Assembly: GCA_965240325.2 (NCBI GenBank)
Contig: OZ251244.1
Coordinates: forward strand, 310,001-374,000
Direction: 5' to 3'
DNA from: Rebecca billardiae RCC1528
Taxonomy: Eukaryota; Protista; Haptophyta
Length of the DNA stretch: 64,000 nt
Below the pieces are notes generated by a model. It was not told where the DNA came from and did no database searches. It saw only the letters and a list, made by a program, of their open reading frames with translations. Positions 31,275 through 42,524 of this stretch are shown here, in pieces. The position numbers were made by a program, and so were the translations under genes. The first letter of the stretch is position 1; the number at the start of each line of letters is the position of its first letter.

Positions 31275-31697
31275 TCAGAAGTTGGCCAGAGCTTCGGAAT
31301 GTAATGGACATGTGTCCGGCGTGTTGCAGCCGTCCGTGTGACACCTGTGCATACACGTGTGCTTCAAAAGCTCGTCGTCTGACCAGCACCCGGGGGGGTA
31401 TGTCCACTTCCAGGACCAATGCCCGCAGCCGGCGAGGCAAGCGTTCGCGGATGCTTCCTCCCAGTCGCTGTTCGTGTCCGGTCGCCTCGAGTAGGAGAGC
31501 GTGAAGCAGTATGGCTGCTCGAGCGGGCACTCCACCAATTCGAAGCGCTCCCCGTAGCTCGCGGCGTAGCACTTGATGGCAGCGCTTCGTCGAAGGAGGC
31601 AGCTAATGAGGAGCCACGCAAGCACTCGCCATCTCCGGAGAGGTGGCCAAGCGGAGGCCCCCCTCACTATCCGCCCCATCAAGCAGAGCCCCGCCAT
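31275..31697 (-). CDS. Small secreted Cys-rich protein, Ly6/uPAR three-finger-like
   Basis: Hydrophobic stretch ending SAA, then IKCY...EC...YC...C..GC...C...C...CHTDGCN; 10 Cys in the mature part. Confidence 0.6.
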   Translation of the reverse strand: MAGLCLMGRIVRGASAWPPLRRWRVLAWLLISCLLRRSAAIKCYAASYGERFELVECPLEQPYCFTLSYSRRPDTNSDWEEASANACLAGCGHWSWKWTYPPGCWSDDELLKHTCMHRCHTDGCNTPDTCPLHSEALANF

Positions 31698-32322
31698 GGT
31701 GGTGGCGGGCGCCGAGGCGTTTCTTGCAAGACAGTGTGGGCACCGGTCCGGAGTCACGCAGGTCCGGGAAAAAGTCCTGTTTCTGACGACGCTGTCCGGG
31801 AATGGAGATATGCAATCTCCGTTTAAGGCTACAGTTAGTTACGTTTCATCCGTGATGAATATATGCGAAGATTTTATGGCTTTATATATGATATGTGAAA
31901 CGACGTATATATACTTGGTTTGGTGTGGAGTGATGACCGAAGGGTTTTCTGGAATCAGCCTAATTGAAACTTGAACGGGTATGATCCCCATACTCTGAAC
32001 TGACATGTGGAAGTTTAAAGAAAACAACGGTTCCCGATCGCTTGAGCTTCGGCGATATGTCAGTCGTCAGACGATTGCGCAACCTTCTGGCCCAATACCA
32101 CACAATTAGTTGATCGGAACGACGTCGCCCCGTGAGTTCTCGTATCTGACCTCGTCAGAGTGGGTATCACGCGACTTTGTTCATGGAACGTTCAGAAATC
32201 GATCCAAACGCGAATCGGAAGTTTTATCGGCCTTATTCTCACATTCGCGTGCGTGAGCGGCGTAAACTGGGACTGCTCAAAACTTCATTACACTACCCAG
32301 CATCCGCCAACCCGACCTCGCC

Positions 32323-34164
32323 ATGTGCCCGATGCCAACGACAGCCCCGGGCTGCGCAGGCGCTCTGCAACCGTCCTTCCGACTGCCACTCGCGGCTTGG
32401 CTCCTCGAGTCTGGCATCCCTCCAACGCACATCGCGCAGTACGCGACATGCCTGTGCGACGCAGGTGCGCCACCAGCCGCGAGCGCGCCGTGACGACAGC
32501 GCGCGCGGGCAGAGCGGCCCGGGCACGCGCTCGGGCATGGCTCGGCTCATCTCACTCGCCCACCGCCCTCACGCCATGCCGTGCCACAGGTCTTGACCCG
32601 CGCGTCACGAAACTCCCTCCGCTCTCGCTCGCGCTCGCCGGCATCGCCAACAACGTGCATCGGCAAAAGATTGCGCTCGCGTCGTCGACCTCGCGCCGGC
32701 ACGGCACGCAGCAGGGCGGCATGCCCCTGCACAGTGGTCCCACGTCGCCGATCTCCCTCGACGGCTCGCCCGTCCTGCTCGCCGGCGCGGAGACGATCGA
32801 GGCGTGGACCGGCCGCCGCGCGCCCGTGACGGCGGCCGACCTGCGCAGCCGACCAGGCTTCAACACGTGAGCGCGCGAGCGAGTCGCGCGGGCCGCGCAA
32901 GGCAGCGGGCAGCTCGTTTGGGCAGCCATGCGCACATCCGCACCCCTGCCCCACCGACGCTGACATGCGCCGCCCAATCCTCTCCCCGCGCCGCACGCGC
33001 CGCGCGCCGCGCACACGCCACAGGCTGGCGCTGCCCATCCTCGCAGAGCCCGCGGATGGTGCGGACCGCGAGAACGACCCGTCGGCCTCTGCGGGCACGG
33101 CCAAGCCGCGCAGGAAGAGCAGCAGCTTCGGCGACCAACCCAGCTGGAACCGCTCCGAAGCGCAGGCACGCTGCATCCTGCGTGGCGACCAGCTCATCCC
33201 GCGCGTGAGCGAGCTGCGCCGAGCCGGGCGCGACCCGGCGTGTGTCCGGCTGCCGCAGGACGCGCACTTCTGCACGCGCCGCGCGGGCGTGCGGCTCACG
33301 CCGGGCGCGCACGCGTTCGTGCTCGTGCCGGGCGAGCAGCACCTGCGCATGTCCGCGTCTGCGCTGCCGTTCGGCTCGGCGTGCGGCCACCCGCAGCTGG
33401 CGTGCGAGGGGCGCGTCCTCTTCGCGGGCGAGCTGCTGATAGGCGAGGCGGGCCGGCTGCTGGCCTGGTCCAACGCCTCGGGGACGTACAAGCCGCCGCG
33501 CGAGCTGGCGGCGCAGGTGGACCTCCCGCTCGAGCTGCTCTGGGTCGTCGTGTCGCCGGGCGAGCTGCGCGCCGACTGCGCCGCCACTGCCTCGGCTGCA
33601 CACACCGTGAGCGCGCGCCAGCTCGACGCCCGCTACGGCGTCGGCAACCACCGCCAGCTGCCAAGCGGCTTCGTGCTCGTCAGGGACGTGGCGCGCTGCC
33701 CGCTGCGCGAGGCGGCTCACGCGCGCGACGTTGCGCACGCCGCGCCGGTGCCCTCGTTCTACCACCCGATGGAGCTCCCTGCGAACAACACCAGCGCCAC
33801 GCCTCTGGCGGCGCTTCTCGAGGCGTGCTGCCAGTCGCTCTCGCTGCGGCAGGCGCAGCGGGAGGCCTCGCCAGCGCAGCCTCTGAGCAAGCTGCAGGGC
33901 AATGGCTTCGCGCTCGCGAGGCTGTCTGTGACGGGCGGCCGAGGCCTTTGCACTGGCACCGAGCCGGAGCGAGTGGCCCCGGACGGCGCGCTCATCGTGC
34001 GCCCGCCGCCATGGTGCAGCCGCGTACCAACATCATCTTGTCTCGCCGCCAATGCGCACCTCGACCTTGTCGACGACATTCACGTCGACGTTTGCCTGCG
34101 GGGACGACACGACATGATGATCGTCAGCACGCTGCCCAATAAAGTGCAACGACGACGACGCTGA
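32323..34164 (+). CDS. SAM-domain + Ntox43/IQM-like domain protein, copy 1; exons 32323-32464, 32590-32866, 33024-34164 (519 aa)
   Basis: Spliced SAM LAAWLLESGI...IAQYA..L..AGLD....L....L.LAGI...VHRQKIALA; downstream GHPQLA..G.VLFAGEL......L..WSNASGTYKP. Both GT-AG introns are conserved in the paralogue. Confidence 0.7.
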
Positions 34165-34256
34165 CCATGTCACGCTGGGCGCGGCACTGACTACGCGTGC
34201 CGTTGCCGCCGGCCAGACGGCGTCAGAGCCGCCGTCACGCACTACTCTTCGAACTG

Positions 34257-34274
34257 ATATATATATATATATAT
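34257..34274. repeat. Short (TA)n
   Basis: TA run. Confidence 0.85.
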
Positions 34275-34319
34275 AGTACATCGACTACGACCTCACCCTC
34301 ACATCCAAGTGCTCCGGAA

Positions 34320-34541
34320 GGCGCTCGGCCGCGGCGGCATCTGCCGTCGCCGCCGCGTGCCCCAGGCCGAGGCGGTGCTCCATCCCGCGGCCCCGCTCCC
34401 GTAGGGGGGCAGGGCTGCGGGTGGCGCACTGTCTGACCTGGACGGAGTCGGAAGGCGCGTCGGATCGACGCATTCTATGTCATACTGTGTCTGTTGCACT
34501 CTGAGCCTGACGCTTGTCCGATGCTGCCACGTCGTTAAATA
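34320..34541 (+). mobile_element. Putative 3' fragment of a CRE-like non-LTR retrotransposon
   Basis: Frameshifted AVAAA/RAQAEAVL motif; 3' end ctgacgcttgtccgatgctgccacgtcgttaa is similar to 57392-57424. Confidence 0.4.
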
Positions 34542-36396
34542 TAGTTGATGCCATCGTCGGATGAATATGGGGATATTATTCACAGTGCGCTAACACGGGC
34601 CGAAAGTTGAATGAGAGGCGTCACGATGGCTGCCGACGCGCGCGCTGGCCGACCGTCCTCAAGAGGCCGTGATCGGCGGCGTAGACCGCGCGGCGGACCT
34701 CGCGAGAGAGCCTAGTCCTAGTCTTCAGCGGCGCTGATCAACGCCTTCCTCCTCCTTCGCCTCGAGAGCAGCTCCACATGACACGCGCCGAGACGGCCGC
34801 AAAGCGACTCCGAAGCGACTCTGCGAGCGCGCCGCCGGCTGCTCTGAGCATGCGGAGATGGTCGGCTCTTTCGGGTGCGCGGCATGCGCGCTGGTTTCCC
34901 GACTTTCATGGTCCAGCTCGGCTGCTCGAAACGTGCACGTCTGCTCTCGTGTGCTGGCACGACTCACGCTCTCCAAACTGACCGCTGCTCATATCAGGGC
35001 ATGCTGCCGCAATCTCATCCTCAATCGCATCCCAGCGGCACCCGGGCACAGACGCAGGTGCACATCGACCTGGAGTGGCTGTCGTCGTCGCCACTACCTC
35101 TCGGCTGGCGCTCAGCACCAAGGTGCCGCGTAAATGAACACGCGCGCGACGGCTTTCTGACCACGGCCCGTGTTGTGCAGGTCGTGGTCACATGTGAGCG
35201 CGGCGCTGCGGAGACGGGGCGGGGTCTCGCGCGCCAGTGGCGCTGGCAGCGTGTCACGCGGGCCCACCACCACGCCACGCCGCAGATCGCATCGCGCCGC
35301 GCCGTGCTGCGCTGCTCGCGCTGCCGTCAGCCAGGTCGGAGTTCGCGGTCGGTCGTCCGATGACGTCACTGTCAGCGGCTCCCGCCAGCCGTCGTCGCAC
35401 CCGGCGGCCCGAGCTCAGCTGAGAGTGAGGCAGCGCGTCTACGAAGAGGCGATGCGCAACTACAGCAGCATGCAATCGGCGTGCCAGCCAGCCGTCCGCC
35501 GACGCGACGCGAGCTGACTGCTGGCCGTCGGGTCGACGCGCGGGCACGCTGCCCGCGTCGCTGGAAGTGGAATCCTGCTGCGTGCGCACAGGTTTGGTCC
35601 GCGGTCGGCCAGTCATCAAATTTTATTAGCGCAGCAGGCGAGCAGGTCGCATGACGACAACTGCTACTCCTATACGCGCAAGCTACGACCGGGCTATAGC
35701 CATAGGCGCCGCGCTACTCTGCGCGAGTCTCAGCTGCGCCTGGTACGGACGTACCGGGATACTACGGTGCAGTCAGCGGGTCAGCCGATGACACGGTCAC
35801 TCGGGGCGCGGTCGGGGCGCCGCCGCAAAGTCAGCACAGTGGTGATGCGCCGAAAACGTGCAAGCGCGCCACGAGGAGACCCCAGACAATCACGCCGGCC
35901 ACTCGTCGTGCGTCTTTCGGCGCCTGCTCCACTCAGCCCTCGAGTCAAGCTCAGGTGCCCCTGTGGAGGCAACCCGAGCGCCCAGATGCGCTCCTCGGGA
36001 ATCGGCAGCGCGCGCGTACGCGTGCAGATCTCCTCCCCCGTCTTGAGCGCATGGGGGCCGGACGATACGACTGGATGGCAAGAACGCGTGCTTCTGGCAC
36101 CTTCGGTGTGCAACGCAGGGTGTTCGTGCATCAGCTGCGCCCAGTAAGCCACTCGCATGCCAGCTGGGATGCTCGGGCTCATCGCCAGCCACACTGCTCG
36201 AGTGCCCGTCGTGTGCCGTATGCTCAGCAGCAAAGCCGACGGGGCACACCTGATGCAGCGTATTCTGACACTGCGCGTGTAGTGAGCTCGTACGCCAGCC
36301 CACTGCCTGCGCAGCCCGCTTGATCCCGATGATCGAGCCAACACGTGCCATCCCATGCGCCTGCGCGAGCGCGGCAGCGGCGCGCCCGCAAATGGA

Positions 36397-37092
36397 AGGG
36401 GGTGCAGCTCGTGAATGGTGGAACGCAGCTGTGATGCACTTGGTCATGCGTGTACACCGAACAATTTCAGCCACGTAACTTTCTGCGATTCCCTCCTAGA
36501 CCCCGCTGTCAGCCGCCGTGTGGCGCGGCGCGCGCGAGGTGCGGGCGCAGGCTGCCGAGCACCCGGCACGCGCACTCCGGTCAGAGGCGGACGGAGGCGG
36601 CCGCGATGGGAGGCATGACCCGCCAGCCCGAACGAGCGTAGGTGATGCAGAACTCAGCCGCCCCCTGTTCTGGCGCACGCCATGCGGCTGGCGTCTCTGC
36701 GCGCGCATGTTCGCGTGCGGATTTCAGATGTTCCTGCTCGCAAAGCGTCCGCGGGGAGCCCGCGAGTTGAGGGGGGGTGCAGCTCGTCAACGGCGAAACG
36801 CAGCTGTGCTACCTTTGATGATGCGTGTCCACCGAACAATTTCAGCCACGTAACTTTCTGCGATTCCCTCCTAGACCCCCCTGTCAGCCGCGGTGTGGCG
36901 CGGCGCGCGGGAGGCAATGTCGCAGACTGCTGGCGCACCTGCACGCGCACTCTGGTCAAAGGCGGACGGAGGCGGCCGCGATGGGAGGCATGACCCGCGA
37001 GCCCGAACGAGCGTAGGCGATGCAGAACTCAGCCGCCCCCCGTCTTGGCGCACGCCATGCGGCTGGCGTCGCTGCGCGCGCGTGTTCGCGCG
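36397..37092 (+). repeat. Diverged tandem duplication, ~375-bp period (starts near 36397 and 36772)
   Basis: caccgaacaatttcagccacgtaactttctgcgattccctcctagacccc and its flanks are repeated. Confidence 0.9.
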
Positions 37093-37213
37093 CGGATGGC
37101 TGCGCCAGCGATGGCGGCCGGCCTCCGCGAAAACGTCCCTGATCGCGGAATCGGCCGATTCTGCCAATTCAACTTTCGGTGGCGGTTAGCGCACTGTGTT
37201 CTGAACTGCCGTA

Positions 37214-38211
37214 TCCCCTTACCGCAGTTCACTTTGCTTCGTATGGAAGCAAAGTTGACGGCGTCCGCTGAGGGCGCCCTGCGGCCAGTCAGGGCGCCTT
37301 TGGGCGCTGAACGCCGCATGACACTGTGCAGGCATGGTCTAGCTACCCTCAGACAGCCGCCAGACTGGTCCCTCCAGCTACAATGCCTCCACGATGGCAT
37401 CCCGCGGCAGCGCGCCGAGCTGCCGTACGGGCGTGTCGTGCCCGCCAGGCTGGCTGTGTGCCCGCGACACCCGGCTGCACGCCTTGCAGCTGCTTCAGGC
37501 AGGTAGGCGATCGGTCGAGATGGCTGTAGGCGGTGTACGTACTGCACGCGCTGGTCTGCGCGCGTTCACATGACTCGTCGCGCTGAACAGTCACTCACCT
37601 GCCAGTCGCGCGTGACACGCTTGGCGGCTTGCCGCACGCAGCAGCCGCAGGCCGCGCGCGCGGCGTGATTGCCGAGTGCAAGTCAGCCAGGAGCTCGGCG
37701 GGATGGGCGGTCATGTTTCTTCGTCTGTTTCGGTGTCGATCACATGCGCGACGCGCGCGCCCCGCTGCGCAAGTACACCCTCCTCATTGCCGACGTCACA
37801 CAGGAAGCCGCATGATGGATCTCGAGCTCGGAGAGCAGCGTCCGAGCACCACAGGCACTGACTGGCAGCCCGAGAGCCGACCGGCGGGTGACGTCCTTCA
37901 CCCCGCCTGATGCGGTACCGCGTGCGGCACCATACCGCAGCGATACGAGCACCTCAGAGGCGAACTGAGCACCCCTCAAAACTTTGCTTCTGGGCGTGCT
38001 CGAACACTCGTTTGGCACTCCGTTTGGACGCCGTGGCACCGGAGAAGGGGGAGGGCGGCGGCGATGAGGCTCGGGTGGCCCACGAACATGCTCACAAAGA
38101 TGCCTCTCAGCCATCGCGCGCCCTCTCGCGGCGTCCACCTGCCCGCCGAGCACGCACCCGCGGGGGCGAACCCATCTTTGCTTCGTATAGAAGCAACCTG
38201 CGGTAAGGGGA
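37214..38211. mobile_element. ~1-kb non-autonomous TIR element with TA target duplication (Tc1/mariner-type)
   Basis: TA|tccccttaccgcag ... ctgcggtaagggga|TA; a subterminal palindrome ttgcttcgtat(g/a)gaagcaa sits at both ends. Confidence 0.75.
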
Positions 38212-39229
38212 TAGTCTCAGTCCAATCATATATCTAGGCAATTATTTAATTGAATGGCATTATCTGATCACTATATCAGCGAATAATCAGCTAAAAGTCA
38301 GGTATAATCAGCGCAGCCGAGCACTTTTATTGCGGTCCGTGACTGACACTGTGACTGTCACTAGCCCTAGGACAGGCAATTGGACCGACAAACAGTCGTA
38401 TATATACAAGTATACATTATTCGTCATTGACCATTAGTAATCGGTACAATTTACTAAGAATAAGAGACGCACACAGCTCAGGCAGGCGAGATCTACGTCG
38501 CGCCGGTTACTAGTATTACGCGGTAGTCGCGGACGACCGCCCGGGCGAGCGCGCGGTATACCGTACTTGCCGCGGTACTGCGGGCTGCGGCAGGCCGGCA
38601 GGTGGTCCGCCCGCCGCCGTCTAACTGAAACTCTATGCAGCGCGCGGGTCACGGACGGGCGGTCCGATATGGACTGACAAATATATTTAGTAAAAAGGGC
38701 CGCGCGATTCAGGTGCTGCAGCTTTTAGCAGGGCGCGGCGCGGCCTCATCGAGTTTCGGAGTTAGCTGCAGCACCACTCGCGCGGCCCTGTTCTGGATCA
38801 GTACCACACATCCTACTAAGTACTAAGATCACTAAGTACTACTCAGTACTACCGGACCGAGGCTGCGGTGGCGCTACGCAGAGCCGCCCCGGCCCCGGGC
38901 CCGGGGCTGGCGCCTCGGGCGCCGTCACTCGCCGAGCGGCCAGGACTCAGGAGCGCGGGCGCTGTCAGAATCAGAATTCGCCCTTCACGGTGCCGGGAAC
39001 TTGAGCCCGGTTTGCGCCGGCGCGGCAAGAACGACGATGGGCGTAGACGTGGCCCGCGATGGCGGGACGTGCGGGCGGGTACCAAGGCAGTCGGCGGTGG
39101 TCCGTGTAGCCGACCAGCTGAAGTTCGGCACCGCGGCTCGTCCGATACTTCCTCGCGATCACTTCGACTTACGAGTTACCGGACCTTTAAGATCTGCCTT
39201 GTGCCTTCGTCGGTGAGAAGAATATTTTA

Positions 39230-39590
39230 TAATTGTGGAACCAGCTCATGCATGCCGTTATGAGGAAGGAGATCCTTGCGGTTGGGCACGTCGCCTGCAT
39301 TCAAGTATTCAACGACCAGCTTGGGCAGGTGTTAGAAACGTCTTTACATATTACGACGTTCGTCAGGAACATTTGACTAATTTTTTATGCCGGTGGAACT
39401 TTTAAGCACTTACATGCGCTCTCGAAAAATATGGTCGAGGACTCGAGATTTGTTGGGTGATGTCGATCTTCGTGGATTGTTGGCAGTTGGCCAGTTGCAA
39501 GGAATCGATTCGTTTTTAATGGGCACGCGATGCAGCCAGATGTAGTGATATACGGTTCATAGATGGTTCGTACGAAGAGTTAAAATAGTT
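39230..39590 (+). pseudogene. AT-rich decayed fragment resembling an L1/Tx1 LINE ORF2 C-terminus
   Basis: Stop-interrupted frame with ...C...ETSLHI... and WPVARNRFVFNG (W..RN..VF motif). Confidence 0.35.
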
Positions 39591-39640
39591 TGGTTCCGAT
39601 CCAATCGTCGCAAATTCTTCCAACGTCATCACTCCACCCA

Positions 39641-39692
39641 CACTTCTACGCCCTCGCCGTGTGCTACACTTCTACGCCCTCGCCGTGTGCTA
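39641..39692 (+). repeat. 26-bp tandem duplication just upstream of SAM-gene copy 2
   Basis: cacttctacgccctcgccgtgtgcta x2. Confidence 0.9.
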
Positions 39693-39693
39693 G

Positions 39694-41319
39694 ATGGCGG
39701 CCACAACCTCAGGCTGCGCAGGCGCTCTGCTACCTTCCCTCCGACTGCCACTCGCGGCTTGGCTCCTCGAGTCTGGCATCCCTCCAACGCATATCGCGCA
39801 GTACACGACATGCCTGTGCGACGCAGGTGCGCCACCAGCCGCGAGCGCGCCGTGACGACAGCGCGCGCGGGCAGAGCGGCCCGGGCACGCGCTCGGGCAT
39901 GGCTCGGCTCATCTCACTCGCCCACCGCCCCCACGCCATGCCGTGCCACAGGTTTTGACCCGCGCGTCGCGAAACTCCCTCCGCTCTCGCTCGCGCTCGC
40001 CGGCATCGCCAACAGCGTGCATCGGCAAAAGATTGCGCTCGCGTCGTCGACCTCGCGCCGGCACGGCACGCAGCAGGGCGGCATGCCCCTGCACAGTGGT
40101 CCCACGCCACCGATCTCCCTCGACGGCTCGCCCGTCCTGCTCGCCGGCGCGGAGACGATCGAGGCGTGGACCGGCCGCCGCGCGCCCGTGACGGCGGCCG
40201 ACCTGCGCAGCCGACCAGGCTTCAACACGTGAGCGCGCGAGCGAGTCGCGCGGGCCGCGCAAGGCAGCGGGCAGCTCGTTTGGGCAGCCATGCGCACATC
40301 CGCACCCCTGCCCCACCGACGCTGACATGCGCCGCCAACTCCTCTCCCCGCGCGGCACGCGCCGTGCGCCGCGCACGCGCCACAGGCTGGCGCTGCCCAT
40401 CCTCGCAGAGCCCGCGGATGGTGCGGACCGCGAGAACGACCCGTCGGACTCTGCGGGCACGGCCAAGCCGCGCAGGAAGAGCAGCAGCTTCGGCGACCAA
40501 CCCAGCTGGAACGGCTCCGAAGCGCAGACGCGCTGCATCCTGCGTGGCGACCAGCTCATCCCGCGCGTGAGCAAGCTGCGCCGAGCCGGGCGCGACCCGG
40601 CGTGTGTCCGGCTGCCGCAGGACGCGCACTTCTGCACGCGCCGCGCGGGCGTGCGGCTCACGCCGGGCGCGCACGCGTTCGTGCTCGTGCCGGGCGAGCA
40701 GCTCCTGCGCATGTCCGCGTCTGCGCTGCCGTTCGGCTCGGCGTGCGGCCACCCGCAGCTGGCGTGCGAGGGGCGCGTCCTCTTCGCGGGCGAGCTGCTG
40801 ATAGGCGAGGCGGGCCGGCTGCTGGCCTGGTCCAACGCCTCGGGGACGTACAAGCCGCCGCGCGAGCTGGCGGCGCAGGTGGACCTCCCGCTTGAGCTGC
40901 TCTGGGTCGTCGTGTCGCCGGGCGAGCTGCGCGCCGACTGCGCCGCCACTGCCTCGGCTGCACACACCGTGAGCGCGCGCCAGCTCGACGCCCGCTACGG
41001 CGTCGGCAACCACCGCCAGCTGCCAAGCGGCTTCGTGCTCGTCAGGGACGTGGCGCGCTGCCCGCTGCGCGAGGCGGCTCACGCGCGCGACGTTGCGCAC
41101 GCCGCGCTGGTGCCCTCGTTCTACCACCCGATGGAGCTCCCTGCGAACAACACCAGCGCCACGCCTCTGGCGGCGCTTCTCGAGGCGTGCTGCCAGTCGC
41201 TCTCGCTGCGGCAGGCGCAGCGGGAGGCTTCGCACGCGCAGCCTCTGAGCAATAGGCTACAGGTCTGCGCGGATCAACGTGTCAGTGTGATCTGTCTGTT
41301 ATTCTTCCATGCTGTGTGA
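39694..41319 (+). CDS. SAM + Ntox43/IQM-like protein, copy 2 (different, shorter C-terminus); exons 39694-39826, 39952-40228, 40386-41319 (447 aa)
   Basis: Near-identical to copy 1 at an offset of 7362 bp from about 39712 to 41252; same splice sites; frame intact. Confidence 0.65.
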
Positions 41320-41597
41320 GTGTGTTGAGACGATAGCACCCGCGCGGTACTTACTGATGCTGACTGACTGCGTCCGAGTCCGATCCAGATAGTCCGGCGG
41401 GCAGCGCTACCAGTGGGCGTGATGCCGGGGGTCGGACCGGCGCGGTGCCAGTGAGTGACGAGCAGTACTGCTGGCGATTAACTACTCGGTGATGCCGCCA
41501 GCCTGCTCAGATATTGCCTCATCAGTGGCCCCTCAGAATGAGAAGGATGCGGACGCAGGCCCGCCGGGACTCCCGCCCGGGGAGTAGCCTGGTACTA

Positions 41598-42524
41598 TGT
41601 GCGAATCAAGGCCTATATGGCCGGCCATGACCGATGATATTGGCCGCTAGGCGGCCATGGCCGATGGTTAGCGGTCGACCATCCATCTCTGGCCGATGGG
41701 TATTGGCCGATGGCCGTCTGGCGGCCGGACCGCCGTACTCGTAGGCCGCGCCGGACCGGGCACGGCCACGGCGCCGGCGCGTGATGGCCGCGTGAGCACG
41801 CCGCGCGGGCTGCAGCACTGTCCGACTCTGCACGGTCGTAGTTCGAGAGGGCGGCCCCGGGGCTCGGCCGACCCAACTGGTGGACTTGTTGAGCCCCAGT
41901 GGCGGTCTCGACCGAGCTTGGCAGGTGTGTGTGTGTGCCTGTGTGTGTTAATCTGATATACTATATATCAGTTACAGGCGACTATGTCTATTGCGATGTA
42001 TTTGCCGATTCTGCGCGCCGGCCCGGCGAGTGAAGGACGCGAGGTGCAGCAGGTGGCGAGCCCGGCGAGACTCCGAGGGCGAGTCAGCGGCCGCACCCGC
42101 GCCCGCGACCGCGCCCACGCCCGCGTCCACGACCCCTACTTCTCGGCCACGGCTCGCGCTTGCACTGCCAGCAGCGCTGCGGCATCGTCTCACGCAGACC
42201 ACGTCTGCCGACGCGGCGACTGCGGCAGCCTCGCGGCGAGCGGACGAGCGGTGGCTGCCGCAGCACAGTAGTCGGCTGCAAGCAGCTTCTGCGACGAGAT
42301 CATGCCCAGACAGAGTCAAGCCGACCTCGTTGGGGTACCATACGTTCTGCCCGAGTGGTGAATAATCTTTTGCCGAAAAAGAAAAAGGGATGAATGAATG
42401 TATATGATGTATTCATTTATTCGTCATTTATTCGTCGTAGTCGGCCACTGGCCGATGAACGGGCAAAAGTGGGCATCCTGTGGCCGACGGGTTGGCCGAC
42501 GCCCGGCGAGGCTTGATTCGCACA
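41598..42524. mobile_element. Possible degenerate TIR element with subterminal ggccga(t/c)g repeats
   Basis: tgtgcgaatcaag (41598-41610) and cttgattcgcaca (42512-42524) are inverted; ggccgatg/ggccgacg motifs cluster near both ends. Confidence 0.4.
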
